Shown here: piece after piece, positions 25,669-38,477 of the stretch
Layout: every line of letters begins with the position of its first letter
Position numbering within the stretch: the first letter of the stretch is position 1
DNA from: Phyllosticta citribraziliensis
Lineage: Eukaryota
Length of the DNA: 64,000 nucleotides
Direction: 5' to 3'
NCBI RefSeq assembly: GCF_038025025.1
Contig: NW_027117342.1
Location: forward strand, 1,178,001 to 1,242,000
Made by a program: the position numbers and the translations under genes
Notes under the pieces: model-generated
What the model saw: only the letters and a program-made list of their open reading frames with translations
Told to the model about the DNA's origin: nothing
The model's database searches: none

Positions 25669-26684
25669 GCTGAGAGTCAAGAAAGCAAGCTGAAATCGTG
25701 AAGAGTAGGTAGAGGAGAAGTGGTTGGTGGATCTACCTTTGCATGGTGTTGGATTGGCAGTGGCTCATCGTCGACGGCGGCCTTTGCCCTCGAGCATAGA
25801 AGTAGCAAGTGTATGTGTATGTGTGTGTGTGCATTTTGGCCAAGCAAGGTAGACCAGACGCATACGCAGGCAAACAGACAGGAGCGAGCAAGTAAAAGAA
25901 AATATGGCACGTTGCACGCATGCATGGGACCCCTATCTAATGCAACAAACACATGGATGATGTAGCAATAGTAACAATGTAAAAGAAGACAAGAAGACTT
26001 CCGTACCGCGCACACTTTGTTCCGGGCGAGCGTTCAATGAAGATGATACACAGACATGTTGCGAACTCGATCAATCAGGGCATTCGTGCCATTATGTATA
26101 TCTATCATTCCGTAGCATAGCATAGCGTCGCAAGCGTCGCATGGCAAAGCAGAGCATCGCAAAGCCGAACAAAACTGCCATCCCGTCATCAATCCCTCCT
26201 CCCGTGCACCTTCATCCCCCATGCGTGACATAACCCCATTCGTATCCCACGTCAATTCATCATCGAAGCCCGAATGCTCCCACCCCTCCTGCGTGTGCCG
26301 CGTCGCGCGGCACACCATGCTGCGATGACTCGAAAGAAAGAAAGAGGGAGGGGGAAGAAAGTGTAGAAAAGTGTAGAATACATGGATGCAGAAGAGACGC
26401 AGACGCATGCAAGCACGGACGAACTTTTGCCAGGACCAGAAGAGGGGAAAAAGTAAGTAAGGAGAAACAGACAAAGTGGTTAATAAACAACGAGGCAGGA
26501 AAACAAGAAAGGGAAGGAGAGGATATTGAGGAGAAGCAAAGCGCCAAAGGGGAAAAAGGAGGAAGAGGGCAGAACAGTGCGCTAATCAAACGACAAGGTA
26601 CCACCCACCATACCAGAACCGATGGAATACAGGAAAGGAAGAAAAAAGCCAGACGACTTGAGGGCAGAGCGGCCATCATTATCA

Positions 26685-29600
26685 TCATTCCTTGAGCTGC
26701 GCTCTCAAGCCAACAACCTCGCGCCTCAAGCGCCAATTCTCCTTGCGCAGCCGCTCGCTCTCGCCGACAGACTCGGTGACCTTGCGGCGTAGGGCATCAA
26801 CATCTTCGCCCGCCTTGCCGCTCCTGACGGCCTTGAGCACGCGCGCCAGCTCCTCGTTGAAGTGCGAGTAGAGAGCCTCGTTTTCGGCGCCCGCCTTGCG
26901 GTACAGGTCGTCCAGGCCGCGGAAGCGCGACTCGGATACCGTCAGGCTGGATGTAATGTCCTCGGCGAGGGTGGCGTTGCGCTCGCTGAGCGACGACAGC
27001 AGCGACGTCGTTTTGGATTCGAGCGCCGCGATGCGCGCGGAGAGCTGGGCCGTGTTATTTGCGTTGGCGCTGGTGGCAGATGTGTCGTCGACGGACTTGG
27101 AAGTCTTCAAGGGTGCCGGGCGGAGTCTGGTGGTGCTGCCCTCGGTCTGAGTGCGCGTCACCGACGGGCGCAGAGGGCTCGAGCTGTTTACAGTCCTGTT
27201 TGAGGCGAGTGAGAGGCCAGAAAGCTCTTGGCCAATCTGCGAGAGCTCTGCCTGCAGCTCCTTCTCCGTATCCTTGATCGCATTCTGCTCTTTCTGCAAG
27301 CGCTCGCGCAGCTTCTGAGGGCTTTGCATACGTAGCTTCTTTGTGGGGCTGAATGTGACCGGAGGATTAACTCCGTTGGGCTTTGCACCATCATCGCCTG
27401 TAGGTGTAGCATTACCAGCAGTCCTTGGCCGGTTGACGATTCCAGGACGCTCAGACAAGGCGGTGGGAAGAGAGCTGGCTGAGTTGGAATGCTTGTGCAG
27501 GCCAGGTATTCCAGAAAGCCGGTGGACCGCTGTGTCCGGCTTGCGGCGTGGGCTGTCTGGTGGGATATTCTCAGACATGGCCTTGCTGCGAATCTTTGAT
27601 GGCTGGCGCACGATTTCCTCCTTTTTCACATTCGGTTCCGAAGGCCGGAGTACGTTGTCGGGTCCTGGCAGAGTGCGAGGGCGAGGAAGGGCGCTATTGG
27701 CAGCCGGAGACGGCATATCTCGCTTGGCAGCAGGCACAGACAGGCGAGAGGATGATGTTGTCGGTATGCCAGTGCGTCGAGTTGGTGAGGGAGTTGTTGG
27801 AATGCCAGAGTCACCCAAGTTTGGCTTGCGAGCCGCCTTTGGCGACCAAGACGGACTAGATTCTTGAGATGCCTGAAGATCGAGAAGATCGGACAACGAG
27901 CTGCGTCGCTTCTTCTTTGGGCTTTCGCGAGTCTCGCCAATTGTTGCAAGTGTCCGACCCGACGTCTCGTCGGCAAAAGCGAAGGCTCCAAGGACAGTAG
28001 GACGGTCCCGAGAGCCAGGGCGCTTGGGAGACAGCCGGGTATCTTGGTCCGTTGAGTGAGACCGGACCAGAGGAGTAGCCTTGGACATGCTGGAGGCTTG
28101 TCCATCCGCGTTGCGACCAGATTTGCTCAATGTGCGCCACACATGGCTGACCTTGGATTCGAGATCTGATTTGCTGTTCTCTCTGTGCAAGTAATTTCCA
28201 AATCCAAAGCGCTTCTTCAGCGACGTGTTCGAATTCAGGGACCCTGCGATTTTGCTGCTATACCTCGAGTTGGTGGATCCTTGACTTGCCTGCTCGCTGC
28301 CGCTTGACATTGGCCTGCCAAAAAGGCCATCAATGTCTTCAATGAAGCGATCCAGCAACGTGATGAAGTCATGCGCGTTGCCTTCAGGAACCAGGACTTC
28401 GGCAAAAGCAGCAGTAATGATTCCACGGTCTCCGTCGTTGCCAGTTCCTTCGAGGAGATCGGCAAGGAGCCTAAGGCAGGCTCGCAACGCGCGCTGATTC
28501 TGGGCCGACAGGTTGTTCAAGACATTCTTAAAGTGTTCTTCAAAGTCACCAGGGTACAAGTCAGGCTGCGACTGCAGGGAGCGCAGCACCTCGACAGGCA
28601 CGACGAGCCCGACCTTTTCCCTCCAGGCGACATGCAGAAACTTTTCAAAGGACTTGAAGAGCACATCGACCGGCTGTTGCGCGGCGAGGTCAATGTTCTT
28701 CGGGTCCTCCAGAAGGGAGTTGTAGAGTTCATTCACCGCAAGTTCGTCGGCATTGGCTCTGTTTCGAATAGTTCGACCGACAACGTTACCCTTCCGGGCA
28801 TGCAGAGCGAGTACGTATGCTGCGAGAGTGTCTTCCAGCTTGAAGAGGGGATCATTTGCTAGGTCCGGTAAAGCAAGCGACGTCTTGCTTGTGTTCGCGT
28901 CATCTCTCGAAGAGGGGCGACTTGACGACTTGTGAGGACTGGATGGCGCCGGAGGCAGACGAGGGATTTCTCCGAGACTTGGGGTCGGCCTGTGGAGCCT
29001 GCGAGAGCTGCCGTAGTCTCTCATGCTGCCTCCAAACAAGCTGGACAACATTTTGACTGGAGATCCACGTCCAGAGCCTGTCCGCTCGAGAGCTGGAGTT
29101 TCTTCGTCTGGAGCTTGCGTGCGAACCTTGAGAGAATTGAGGACCTGCTGATTGCGCTGCAAAAACACAGCAGTCAAATCTGGATTGCGGATCTGGTTGC
29201 GCATTTGCATATATATGCCCACTGATGCCGTTAGCGCATGTAGAGATTGACGTGCAATGGTCACCTACCTTTCTTTGTCAAAATTGACAGAATTTCTTCC
29301 GCGAGAATTCGATCGCGCGACGCGAATCCATTTAGGCCTTCAAGTTCCAGATAGTGCATTCCACCACTGGCAGATGTCACCGAAGCAACGACCTCGACTC
29401 CCTGGTCACCGGGCTTGATGGCCTTTGGGCCCTTGGGTGGATCAAAGACAACTCTGACGCGTGCCGGATCTTTTCTGCCTTGGTGTACCTCCAGATGGCT
29501 GTCTTCGAAAATTGCAGAAAAGACGTTGATTTCGCCAGTCTGACTGCGTGCTTCCCATTTGGTGCTTTCGCGCTCCGCCTCTGGGAAACGGTATTCCACA

Positions 29601-31513
29601 CGTGCTTTTGCAGTCTCTTCCAGCCACCTGGAAGCCTTGCCTTCGTAGGATCCCTGCAACAAGAACATGCATAGGGACGAAGCGTTGATGGAGTTGCGGG
29701 CCTTGGGCGCTTGCTGAGCCGGGTCTCCACCTTGTGCGCCGTCCGAGTGGTGCATTTGCAGCATTGTGCCACCATTGACTTCTGTAAACCAGACATTGCT
29801 CAGCTTCATGGGCTTCAAGAATATCAGCTGAGTGGCGATCTGAGGTGTTTCATCCAGGGGAACACTAGGGTTGTCGATTTCTGCAAGGAGGCCACGAGCA
29901 GACATGGTCTTGTGTCCGGACTTGCCGAGGAGGACCAACGCATCAGAGAAGAGGAGGAGAATGCCGTGAATTGCACCTCGGACGTTGGGGTCGTTCTTGT
30001 ACGGGGGCGGCAGCTCGACAACGTCCATTGCGGTAATGAGGCGGCCTTCTGGATTGAAATTCTGCGGCCATAGTGGGATCAGGTGCCGTAACCGCTCAAT
30101 GACCTTGGAAATCTGGCCAGAAGGTGAGTCGCGCGAACAAATCTCCGAGACAATGTCGCGAGCCTTGAGAAGGGGTCGCAGAGCAGAATGTCGCAAAGGC
30201 AACTGCTTGACGAGATTGTCGATAAAGAGACTGTATCGTGGAAGCCGCTGGACTGGCTCAATGAGCATCGACATGAGCCGTTGCTCGCCTTTTTCTTGCA
30301 CTCGTTTAGAAAAACTGGACTCGGTTTCTCGCAGAAATATTCGAAGGTACTGGCCAAATTCGGCGTGTGCTTGGATGTAGTCGGTGTAGCAATCCGAGAA
30401 TTTGGGGAACCAGTCAACGAGGCAATTGGCAAAGTGCATGACGCCGGTAACATCTTCTTGCTCTCCATCTTTGGGTTGACCTTCTGCGCTGGCGTCTGTT
30501 GCGGTTGTTTCAATGTCTTGAATGGCGCCGTTTTCCGACTCCTCTATTACCTTGCGGATGTCGTCAAGGAATGCCGTGTTTTTGGCGAGAATGTCGTCGA
30601 GACTGGGCGGAAACAGTCCTTGGAGGGCCTCCTCCGTCGGGCTTGAGCTTTCGGGGCTCTTGCTGCGCGCTTTTTGCCGAAAGTCCTCGGCGACACTGTG
30701 AAGCAGATCATAGAGCTTTCCCACGTAGCTCTCCTCGGTGTCAACAAACTCTATTAATTCACGGCGCAAGCTTTCCTTTTGCTCTTTTGAGAACGTGTTG
30801 GAGCGACTCAGGCCTGAAGGCTTTGACGGGGCGCGTCGTAATCTTGAGGTTGGAAGGAAGGCCGGCTGTCCAAAAGGTTTGATAAGGGCGGCGTACTTGG
30901 CGTAGCGGGCTTGGATGACATGTTCCTCGGTGGCCTCATCAGCAAGCACGGATTCGCGCAGGCGATCGTCGACGTCGTGCACGGAGCCAGGCGGAAGGAC
31001 CACGTCGACGTCCTGCCATGACACGGACTGCTCAGTGTGTGCGAGCTTGATGTCGCGAACGACTTCTGGGGTGTTTTCGACCTTGAGCATGCGGCTGGCC
31101 AAGATTGCGGCGTGGGCGTCGCTGAAGAGGTCGGGGGCGGAGGGCAGTCTGCCGATTGTGTTGAATTTGGATTCCCATGTTGATCTCACGACCGAGGGCA
31201 GCTCATGAAAGTACTTGTAAATGCTGTATGCAATGGCGCGCACGACCTCGTCGGCCTGGTCTTCACGGGGCAGACACTTGACGGCAGCGTAAAAGTGGGA
31301 ATCGGGAGATATTGTCAGGCGCGGATATGCTTGCAGGCCGGCGGGAGTGTAGATGTGTATTTGCAGGCGAGCAGCGTGGGAGGAGAGGGTGGCGTTGGGC
31401 GGAGGGCCGTGGAAGACGAAGAAGGGAGCATTTGAGAGCAGGTCGTCGGTGGTGTGGAAGAGGTCTCTATGGTCGGCGTGGAGAGCTGGCGGGGGCTGGC
31501 TGATGAGGACCAT
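26685..31513 (-). CDS. BUD3: Large Rho guanine-nucleotide exchange factor (DH domain, Bud3-like) with C-terminal coiled coil, 2 exons, about 1590 aa
   Basis: DH signatures ELIEFVDTEESYVGKL and LIEPVQRLPRYSL. 47-nt intron 29222-29268 joins the two long ORFs in frame. The BUD3 orthology rests on recalled resemblance and is less certain than the DH call. Confidence 0.78.
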
Positions 31514-31785
31514 GGTGATGGCCAATTGGTGAATTGAGGAGGCAGAAGAGAATCAGCGAGGGTGCGGACGGAGAAGTAGGGTGGAGAAGGAGGCTGGTGG
31601 GGTCGGGGTCGGGGCCATGCGAGGTCGAGGAGCAGAGTGGAGGAGCCGAGTGGAGAGGAGGCGGATGATGGTGTTGTTTATGGTTCTGTTGGATTGGTGA
31701 AGCGGGAGTCGTGTGGCTGGGGACACGCACGGTCGCCGGCAAGGTCATGTAGGGAGCCCCTGCGGCAGATGCACTGGACGACCCT

Positions 31786-31820
31786 GCTCTGCTCTGCGCT
31801 GCGCTGCGCTGCGCTGCTGC
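31786..31820. repeat. Compound pentanucleotide repeat (GCTCT)/(GCGCT)
   Basis: gctctgctctgcgctgcgctgcgctgcgctgc in the RhoGEF/DCC1 divergent intergenic region. Confidence 0.85.
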
Positions 31821-32055
31821 AGTAGCGGCTGCGCGACCACAGCACCCGCATGTTGCGAAACACGATTACAGTGGGTTTTAAACCACCATGACTGAATGTT
31901 GCAACCTTGGTTCTGATCAAGTCGCTCGGTCCCTTTGGCCTCCCTCGGCTGTCAGTACTGCACCGCAGTCTGGTCGGGTCGGGTCAGTGGCGGGGATCCC
32001 CCAGGCGGCCCCAGCTCCAGCCTGTGGCTGCCCGCCTCAACCACGAAACACGCGC

Positions 32056-32109
32056 GCTCTGCTCTGCTCTGCTCTGCTCTGCTCTGCTCTGCTCTGCTCT
32101 GCTCTGCTC
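32056..32109. repeat. Perfect microsatellite (GCTCT) about 10.8 copies
   Basis: Directly visible, ~85 bp upstream of the DCC1 ATG. Confidence 0.97.
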
Positions 32110-32193
32110 GGCAAAACTGCCCCGCGTCTGCATTCAACACCTCCCGTCGTCTCTCCGGCAGCACTCCAACCCATCCCACCTCAACTTGGCAGA

Positions 32194-33456
32194 ATGTCTA
32201 CTCAGGAATTGCCTGGTGTGCCCTTCGCCTTGGCTCAAGACCAGCAAAACTTCCGCCTGCTCGAGCTTTCCCAAGACCTTCTAGACCTTCTTTCTTCACC
32301 CAACCCGCCGCTGTAAGTCTGTCTTCAGCCTCCTGCCGCGTCTCTTGCTCACGATGCAGTCTCCATATAAAATCCAAGCCCGCTCCGCCCACCACCAATC
32401 CTCTGGTCCAGCAAAAGCAAAACTATGCCGTTCTTTGCACTCCCACCGAGACATTTCAGCTCCGCCAGGTCCACTCCTCAAACTCCGTCTTACTGACACG
32501 GCCCGTCATCTCTGCTGCAAGCCCACACGATATTCCCGTCCCGGCCGTCTCCGCCATTGCCAAGTGCGGAGCATTGCTCGAGGTCCAACCCATCACTGAT
32601 CCTGCCGTTCCCGTGCTCCGAGATGCCATCACCAGGATCTGGAATTGCGAACGCTGGGACGGCGATACTGTCGCTGGCTTTAGCGGAGACTCTACCACCC
32701 GAAACAGACATCAACTTTTTGCCGACATTCCCTTTTCGGACGAGCAATGCGAGCGAGCATGGAGAGAAATGTGCGCTTTTGAGCACGAGGACCAACCCGT
32801 CCAGCCAACCCTCCCAGCTTTGTGGATGTACTGGAAAACCATCTTCTCGACATGCGTTGCCGAAGGTGTCAACCTCACAGCCCAGTTCAAGGCTGGCGAC
32901 CTGGCCAAGACTCTGAAAGAAGAAGAAGGCCTCTGGCCCGCATTGGTCAATGCCATCATCCAGCGCCTTTTGCCTGAGGATCAAATTCCAGACGAAGATT
33001 GTGAGTTTTTTTTACTAAACTTGTCCACGGCTCGGAGCTGACGCGCCCAGGGGCTGTCATCGATCAGACCAAGTGCATTCCGTGGGTAGGCAGAAACCTG
33101 CTCGCTGCGTTGGATTCACATTACAAGACTCCGCGTCCAACCGCAGAGTTTCTCGACTTGTGGCGCGATGCGCTGCCCGAGTCGTGGAGGGAGGACGCCG
33201 TTTTAGAACACATTCAGGTACACCGTCCCATTCCTCATCGTCGTCGGTGCATCCACTTACACAAATGCGACAGGGCGACTACATACTTCCCTCTGACACA
33301 ACCATTGCACCCAAGACGCGTGCGATGCCAACGTTGCGCACCGCAACCACCGTCAACGCGGGAAGCACGTCGGCCAAGGGCCCACGCAAATGGCACGAAA
33401 AGTTCAAAGCTACGCGGCGGACCGAAGGAAAGTCAAGCGACCCAAACAACAGTTAA
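32194..33456 (+). CDS. DCC1: Sister chromatid cohesion protein Dcc1 (Ctf18-RFC subunit), 4 exons
   Basis: FRLLELSQDLLDLL, AVLCTPTETFQLRQVHSSNSV, FLDLWRDALPESWR, C-terminal RKWHEKF. Introns at ~32313-32359, ~33001-33050, ~33218-33273. Confidence 0.88.
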
Positions 33457-36150
33457 AAGCGACAAAGACGACGGTGTCAAGACCTGGTCCCTGTCCTAGA
33501 CCCTGGATCCCTTCTCAAAGGGAGCGGGAAGGGAGGGGACTCCACTTTCCCATTTGTTTACCCTTTGCAGAAACGGGCCTAAGCTGCGACCGACCACTGC
33601 GCCTGATGAGCCGCTTCAGCCTGCTACAGAACAGTACGGCATGCCGGTTGCTGCCCTGGCTGCGTCTGTTCGTATAGCCCGCATATGCGACTGCTCAGAA
33701 AAATTTAGCCGTGCCAAAAGAAACGGTCGCACAGATCTGGGAAGCTTTTCGCGGCCCTACCTCATGCTCGTCGACGAATCCTGCCCGTCCTTTGGTCCCG
33801 CTCTGTACACGTCCAAGCGCGCATGCGACCACGGGCCGCGGCTGGCGGCTGGAGCAACACAAGAAATCAATCAAATGCCTCTTGGACGTCGCCGTCGCCA
33901 TCAGGTCGTCGTCAAGTCCACCGCCCCGCCAAGGCGCAGCTGAGCTGATCCAGCTTGAGCCGGCACCCCTGCATCCACCATGCGCGCACTTTGGCTGTCG
34001 TGGTACCCCGCGCGCCATTCGTCGTCAACACTTCATGTATGGGGGGTCCTTGCCTGTCGCACCCGCTGCCGACCCAGGAACAATCTGGTTATTTTTGCTG
34101 TCCAAGGTTAGCTCGCGTCTCACCGCACAACGCGTTCGTTGTTGTCACTCAACAAATCAATTCTCCGACCGACACAATACGATCATCCCAGCCTTCTCTT
34201 TTTTGGTGTTTCTTCGATGGCTGCTTCTGATTCGTCATCGGATGGCACGCTCATGGCGCGACCTTTTACATTGATTAGGTATGCCCATGCAGTCCAGGCT
34301 CTACCTGCTGTTGAGTATGTATTTGTTTATGGCGATTCGTCTTAAAGACCTGCAAGCTCTCTGATATCTTTCCTGCCTGGAGTCCGATTGCGCGATCCCC
34401 TATCAAAATCATACTTGACAACTCTTCCCAAAGGATACCAAAAACAGTCCAATCCGGGCAATTGACGGCCGTAGTCACAGAGGAACCCACTCGTCGTGCA
34501 ACAATGGGCTGGTTGGCTGCCCAAGGTACCCAAAAAGACAAATCTCATGCCACACCGCCGACACAATCGGCACTATACCGCTTTCTCCATACCGCGCCGG
34601 ACGCGGGAACCTCCAGATCGAGGACCAGTAGCAGACTGATTGCCTCTTCTGTGCCCTTTCCGCCCCGCACACCGCGCCATGATCCCCTGAGTTGACGGGT
34701 TGAAGAAGACAACGAATCTAGTCAAGGCTGCGCTTGCGTTCTCCTTAAGCTACCATGGGAGCTGCCTTGCTTCCCTCCTTTTGACCTGGGAGGCATATAC
34801 GCACGCGCTCCACGTTGGATTTCATATTGGACGACGCTGATTTCGGCAAGATAGATGGACAGGCACGCACGTACGCACGCACGCACGCGCTCCCGCTTAC
34901 TGCTCCTCCTTCCCTAGAGGAAATCTGTCGTGTATTTATACCTAGCAACAGCAGTCAAACCCGCGAACCAGGAATCGAACGCCGCCGCGAGCTTTTCTGC
35001 GATGCTGCCGTCTCCCGTGCCCACACTGTCCCTCTTCGTGCTTTGGCCTCGACACGCCCTGGCTACTTGCCTATCTGCTTGTCTGTCTCTGTACCGGCCC
35101 GCAGGGAGCTGCTTTAATGTACGAATGTGGACATGCGCCACACCTCCTGCCCAATACGGCAGTGTGTTGACAGGGGCAGATTCATGCAAGGGGCGAAGGT
35201 GGGCGCATGTACTCCTACTCTAGTCAGCTATGCGATTGGGGAAACGTGAAACGCGAGAATGGGGTGGGCTGCGGACTGCTGAGGGAGGGGGGAAAGTAAG
35301 GGGGTAGGGGACAGGCGTCAATGAGACAGCCGAATGGTGGTTGGCAGTTGCCCTGAGACAATGGCATTCATTGACGAACTGGTGGCAGGTGCGGTGGTGC
35401 TTTGTAGGTCACGAGAGTAAATAGACATGGGACCTGACGTTGATGTGTCTTTCGTGAGGAGGATGTATTTACGTATATTCTTTTTGCTGGATAGACAATA
35501 TGGACATGATGCGGTGGCGGTTGCCCGCTCGCTTATCCGCTTTGCAAACAAGACAAGCAGACATTGACGGGAGAGTATGGACAAGAAGATGGATGAATGA
35601 ACGAAGGAACCATCGCCTCTGTACAACAACACTCCACGCGTATATACTCGAATGAAAACGTTTACAGCACGTCCAATCCTATATACAACAAAGCCAAATC
35701 GTCGTATCAACAGCAGTATCAGACATACGCCCGATGATGCAGTGCGAAGCGCGCTTCGGTTGGATGAGGAGGAGGAGGATGAAATGAAATAAAAACAGGA
35801 AAAAAAAAAAGGAAAAAAAAAAAAGCTCTCGAGAAAGGAAGAGCAAAGAGGTATCTCTCGCACACGCTGAAGCTACAGGTAGACTGAATAGTGTCGAAGG
35901 GTATATATGATGATATGCACCGTGAACGCCGATTTTGGTGAGACTTTTGCTTGGTGTCGTGGTAACTGAAGCGACGCAAGGGGCCAGGGACGAGTGGAGG
36001 GTGGACAGCGGTGGTACCGATAAGGTCGGATTGACAAACCGAGTTGCGAATGGGCGAACGTGCTTGACCGCGCGAGCAAAGCCTCTTCCTTCATCTTCTC
36101 CTTGGTCACTCCGGCGTCGGCCGTGTGTAAGGGCCAGCGGTCCGGCCCGC

Positions 36151-38477
36151 CTACATGCGCTCGCCCATGCCCACGTCCGCGTGCTCCGTGTCCATGTCGA
36201 AGTCGTTGGTGCCAAAAAGTCGCATCAACGCGGGTGGCCACTGCTCAGGGGCAACGGGAGCACCACCCGCCGCGGCGGCGGCCGCAGAAGCAGCAGCAGC
36301 AGCAGCAACGTCTGGATGCGGCTGTGCATTCCCCAAGGGTACCGCTCCGGCCGGGTTCATCGGCTGCTGGTGGGCCGCCGCGGCGCTGGGCGATTGCTGG
36401 CTTCCGACCGGTCCTGCGTCGCCGCCCGGGGGTGCGAGGTTGGCGTAAAAGCCCTGCTTTGGGAGAAACTGCCAGGAGAGCGAGTCGAGGCGGATGCTGT
36501 CTTGTGAGAAGAGCGTCCACGCTTTGGGGTCCAGCGCTTGCTGCTGCGCTTCCGCCGCTGCCACTGGGTTGTGCGTGCTGGAAGGACTTGTCGCCGGGCT
36601 TCTCAGTCGCTGCAGATCGCCTTCAAGGCGCGCTGCCAGCTGGTGTCGAAGACTTGGGGGAGGCTGACTCGTCGTCCGCAAGGTCACCAAATGGCATTGG
36701 ATGAGATGTAGATCGTCGGGTTCGCCTGCACCGTCTTCAAGCCCCTGTAATACGAGCAGTGCTGCCCATGTGATCATGACGAGGTCCCAGTTGGACCAAA
36801 TACCGTGATCATTATTGTGCAAGCGCATGGCGGCGCGGGCCGAGACGAGGAGCTCCTGGCGCTCGCCAAAGGCGATGTTGCGCGCAAACATGTTGAAGCC
36901 TCGGGCCGGATGGTAGATGGAAAGCACAAAAAGACGCTGGAGCACGTACTGCCGGAACATGGCCAGATCCGGATTCTCAATGGCTGACGGCCCTACTCAC
37001 TTTGGTCAGTTTCAGTGGTCCTTGGGGAACGAGACGGGGCCAGGCCATACGGTTCACGCCGCTGTAGCGCATGAGCCAGTCGTCAAGCTGTCTGGCCCAA
37101 TGCCTGATGACCCCAAGATCAGTCTCGGTAAAGGGCGTGGACGACTGAGCGGCAGTCTCGGCCTGATTCTTGAACAGGAATGACCAGATGGTGGGGATTC
37201 CGCGACCGGTAAAGCGACTGAGGCCTATGTGCATCATTTGTGACAAATGATCGTATGGATCACCCCCTGAGCTTTGCAACTGAAGAAGCGAGTCCAGAGG
37301 CGCCTTTCGGGGCAGGATGGGGAAGCTCATGTTCAAAGACGCATGCTCCAAGTCGATGATTTGGAGGCCTCGAAAAAGACCTAGCCATTCCCGCGACCTA
37401 TCATCTATCTTGGCCGGGCAATGATCCAGTAAAAGACGATAGCCGACCGAAATCCAGATTCCAGTCTCTTTGATAAACGCTTCACAGACCAGGCCAGCAA
37501 GGATCAAGCCAAGCACGTCTTGGAATGCGCGTTGTTCTCCACTGAGCGGGTCATCGCTTGGCTCGGCAGTGGCGGCAGAAGGCAAAGATAGATCAGCAAT
37601 GGCACTACATGTCAGTGTGTAGTAGTCTGGAGCCAAGCAGGCCACGTCCGCAGAAGGGTGGTGGAGGGCGGAGACGTAAAGCACAGAAGCCAGTAGAAGC
37701 GGAGTGGGTGACGACAGATCCTGCTTTTTGGAGAGAAAGTGCAGGCCAGGGACGTTTTCGTTGAATCTACGCGGTGGGTAAGGAAGGTTCCAGCCCAGTC
37801 CCAAGAGAGGCCGGGTTACTCACGAGGTCCACAGTTGACGAACGACGGCGGGCACCCAAACCTTGTCATTCTGGGGCTGTCGAACGGTCCTTTTCAAGCG
37901 GAAAACTGCAGGCTGAAGACCGCTGAGTTCCGGTTCGTCAAAGCCGTCGACCTCGGGGATGGTGGAGGGTCCAGGATCAGCAGAACTACTAGGGGATGAC
38001 AAAGCGGGCGCTTTGGACGACGGACGTATGCCCAGCAACGCTTCGATCGTTTCCAGACGACCCAGTACAGATGCCGGGTCGTTGGAGGACAGACGTCTAT
38101 CACTAACGGAGCGCAGGTTGATGGGTTCCCTGATGACGGCGGCCTGGGTCCATTAGCGCGAGACCCTTTCTTCTGGGGTTCGGTGACATAGATTTGAGCG
38201 TGGCCGAAACTCGCAGGCGATGGATTGAGTGCGGCATCGTTTGCATACGGACGAGCCGGGCTCGACCTGGCATTTCATCTGATACGTCCCCGATGTCAAT
38301 GGTCCCGGTCATTTTTTTGAAAAGGCGGCGGCGAATTGCACACCTTCTGCCGCCTGCAGTTGACTGTGGCACGCCAAAGTCAGTGCATGGCCGTATCAGT
38401 GGAGTCGCCCAGCTCTCACCACATGCTTTGGTCGGCTTGGGGCCGATGAAGATGCTGTCGCCCGAGTTTGACGCCAT
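36151..38477 (-). CDS. Zn(II)2Cys6 transcription factor, about 6 exons including a 20-nt microexon; third intron has a non-canonical donor
   Basis: Exons 38477-38420, 38363-38344 and 38278-38192 splice to KACVNCRRQKMKCQVEPGSSVCKRCRTQSIACEFRPRSN. Downstream PLLLASVLY, TGIWISVGYRLLL, GLQIIDLEHASL and an Ala/Gln-rich tail. Confidence 0.8.

Noticed and set aside
31888..32193. ORFs with (CSALL)n or (AEQSR)n peptides
   Set aside because: These are translations of the GCTCT microsatellite; the real DCC1 start is 32194.
33500..35300. Short ORFs between DCC1 and the Zn2Cys6 TF as a possible pseudogene
   Set aside because: No recognisable domain or coherent exon chain; cannot be supported without a homology search.
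35785..35825. A-rich tract as a possible retroelement poly(A) tail
   Set aside because: It is a poly(T) run in the TF 3' UTR region; no target-site duplication or element body.
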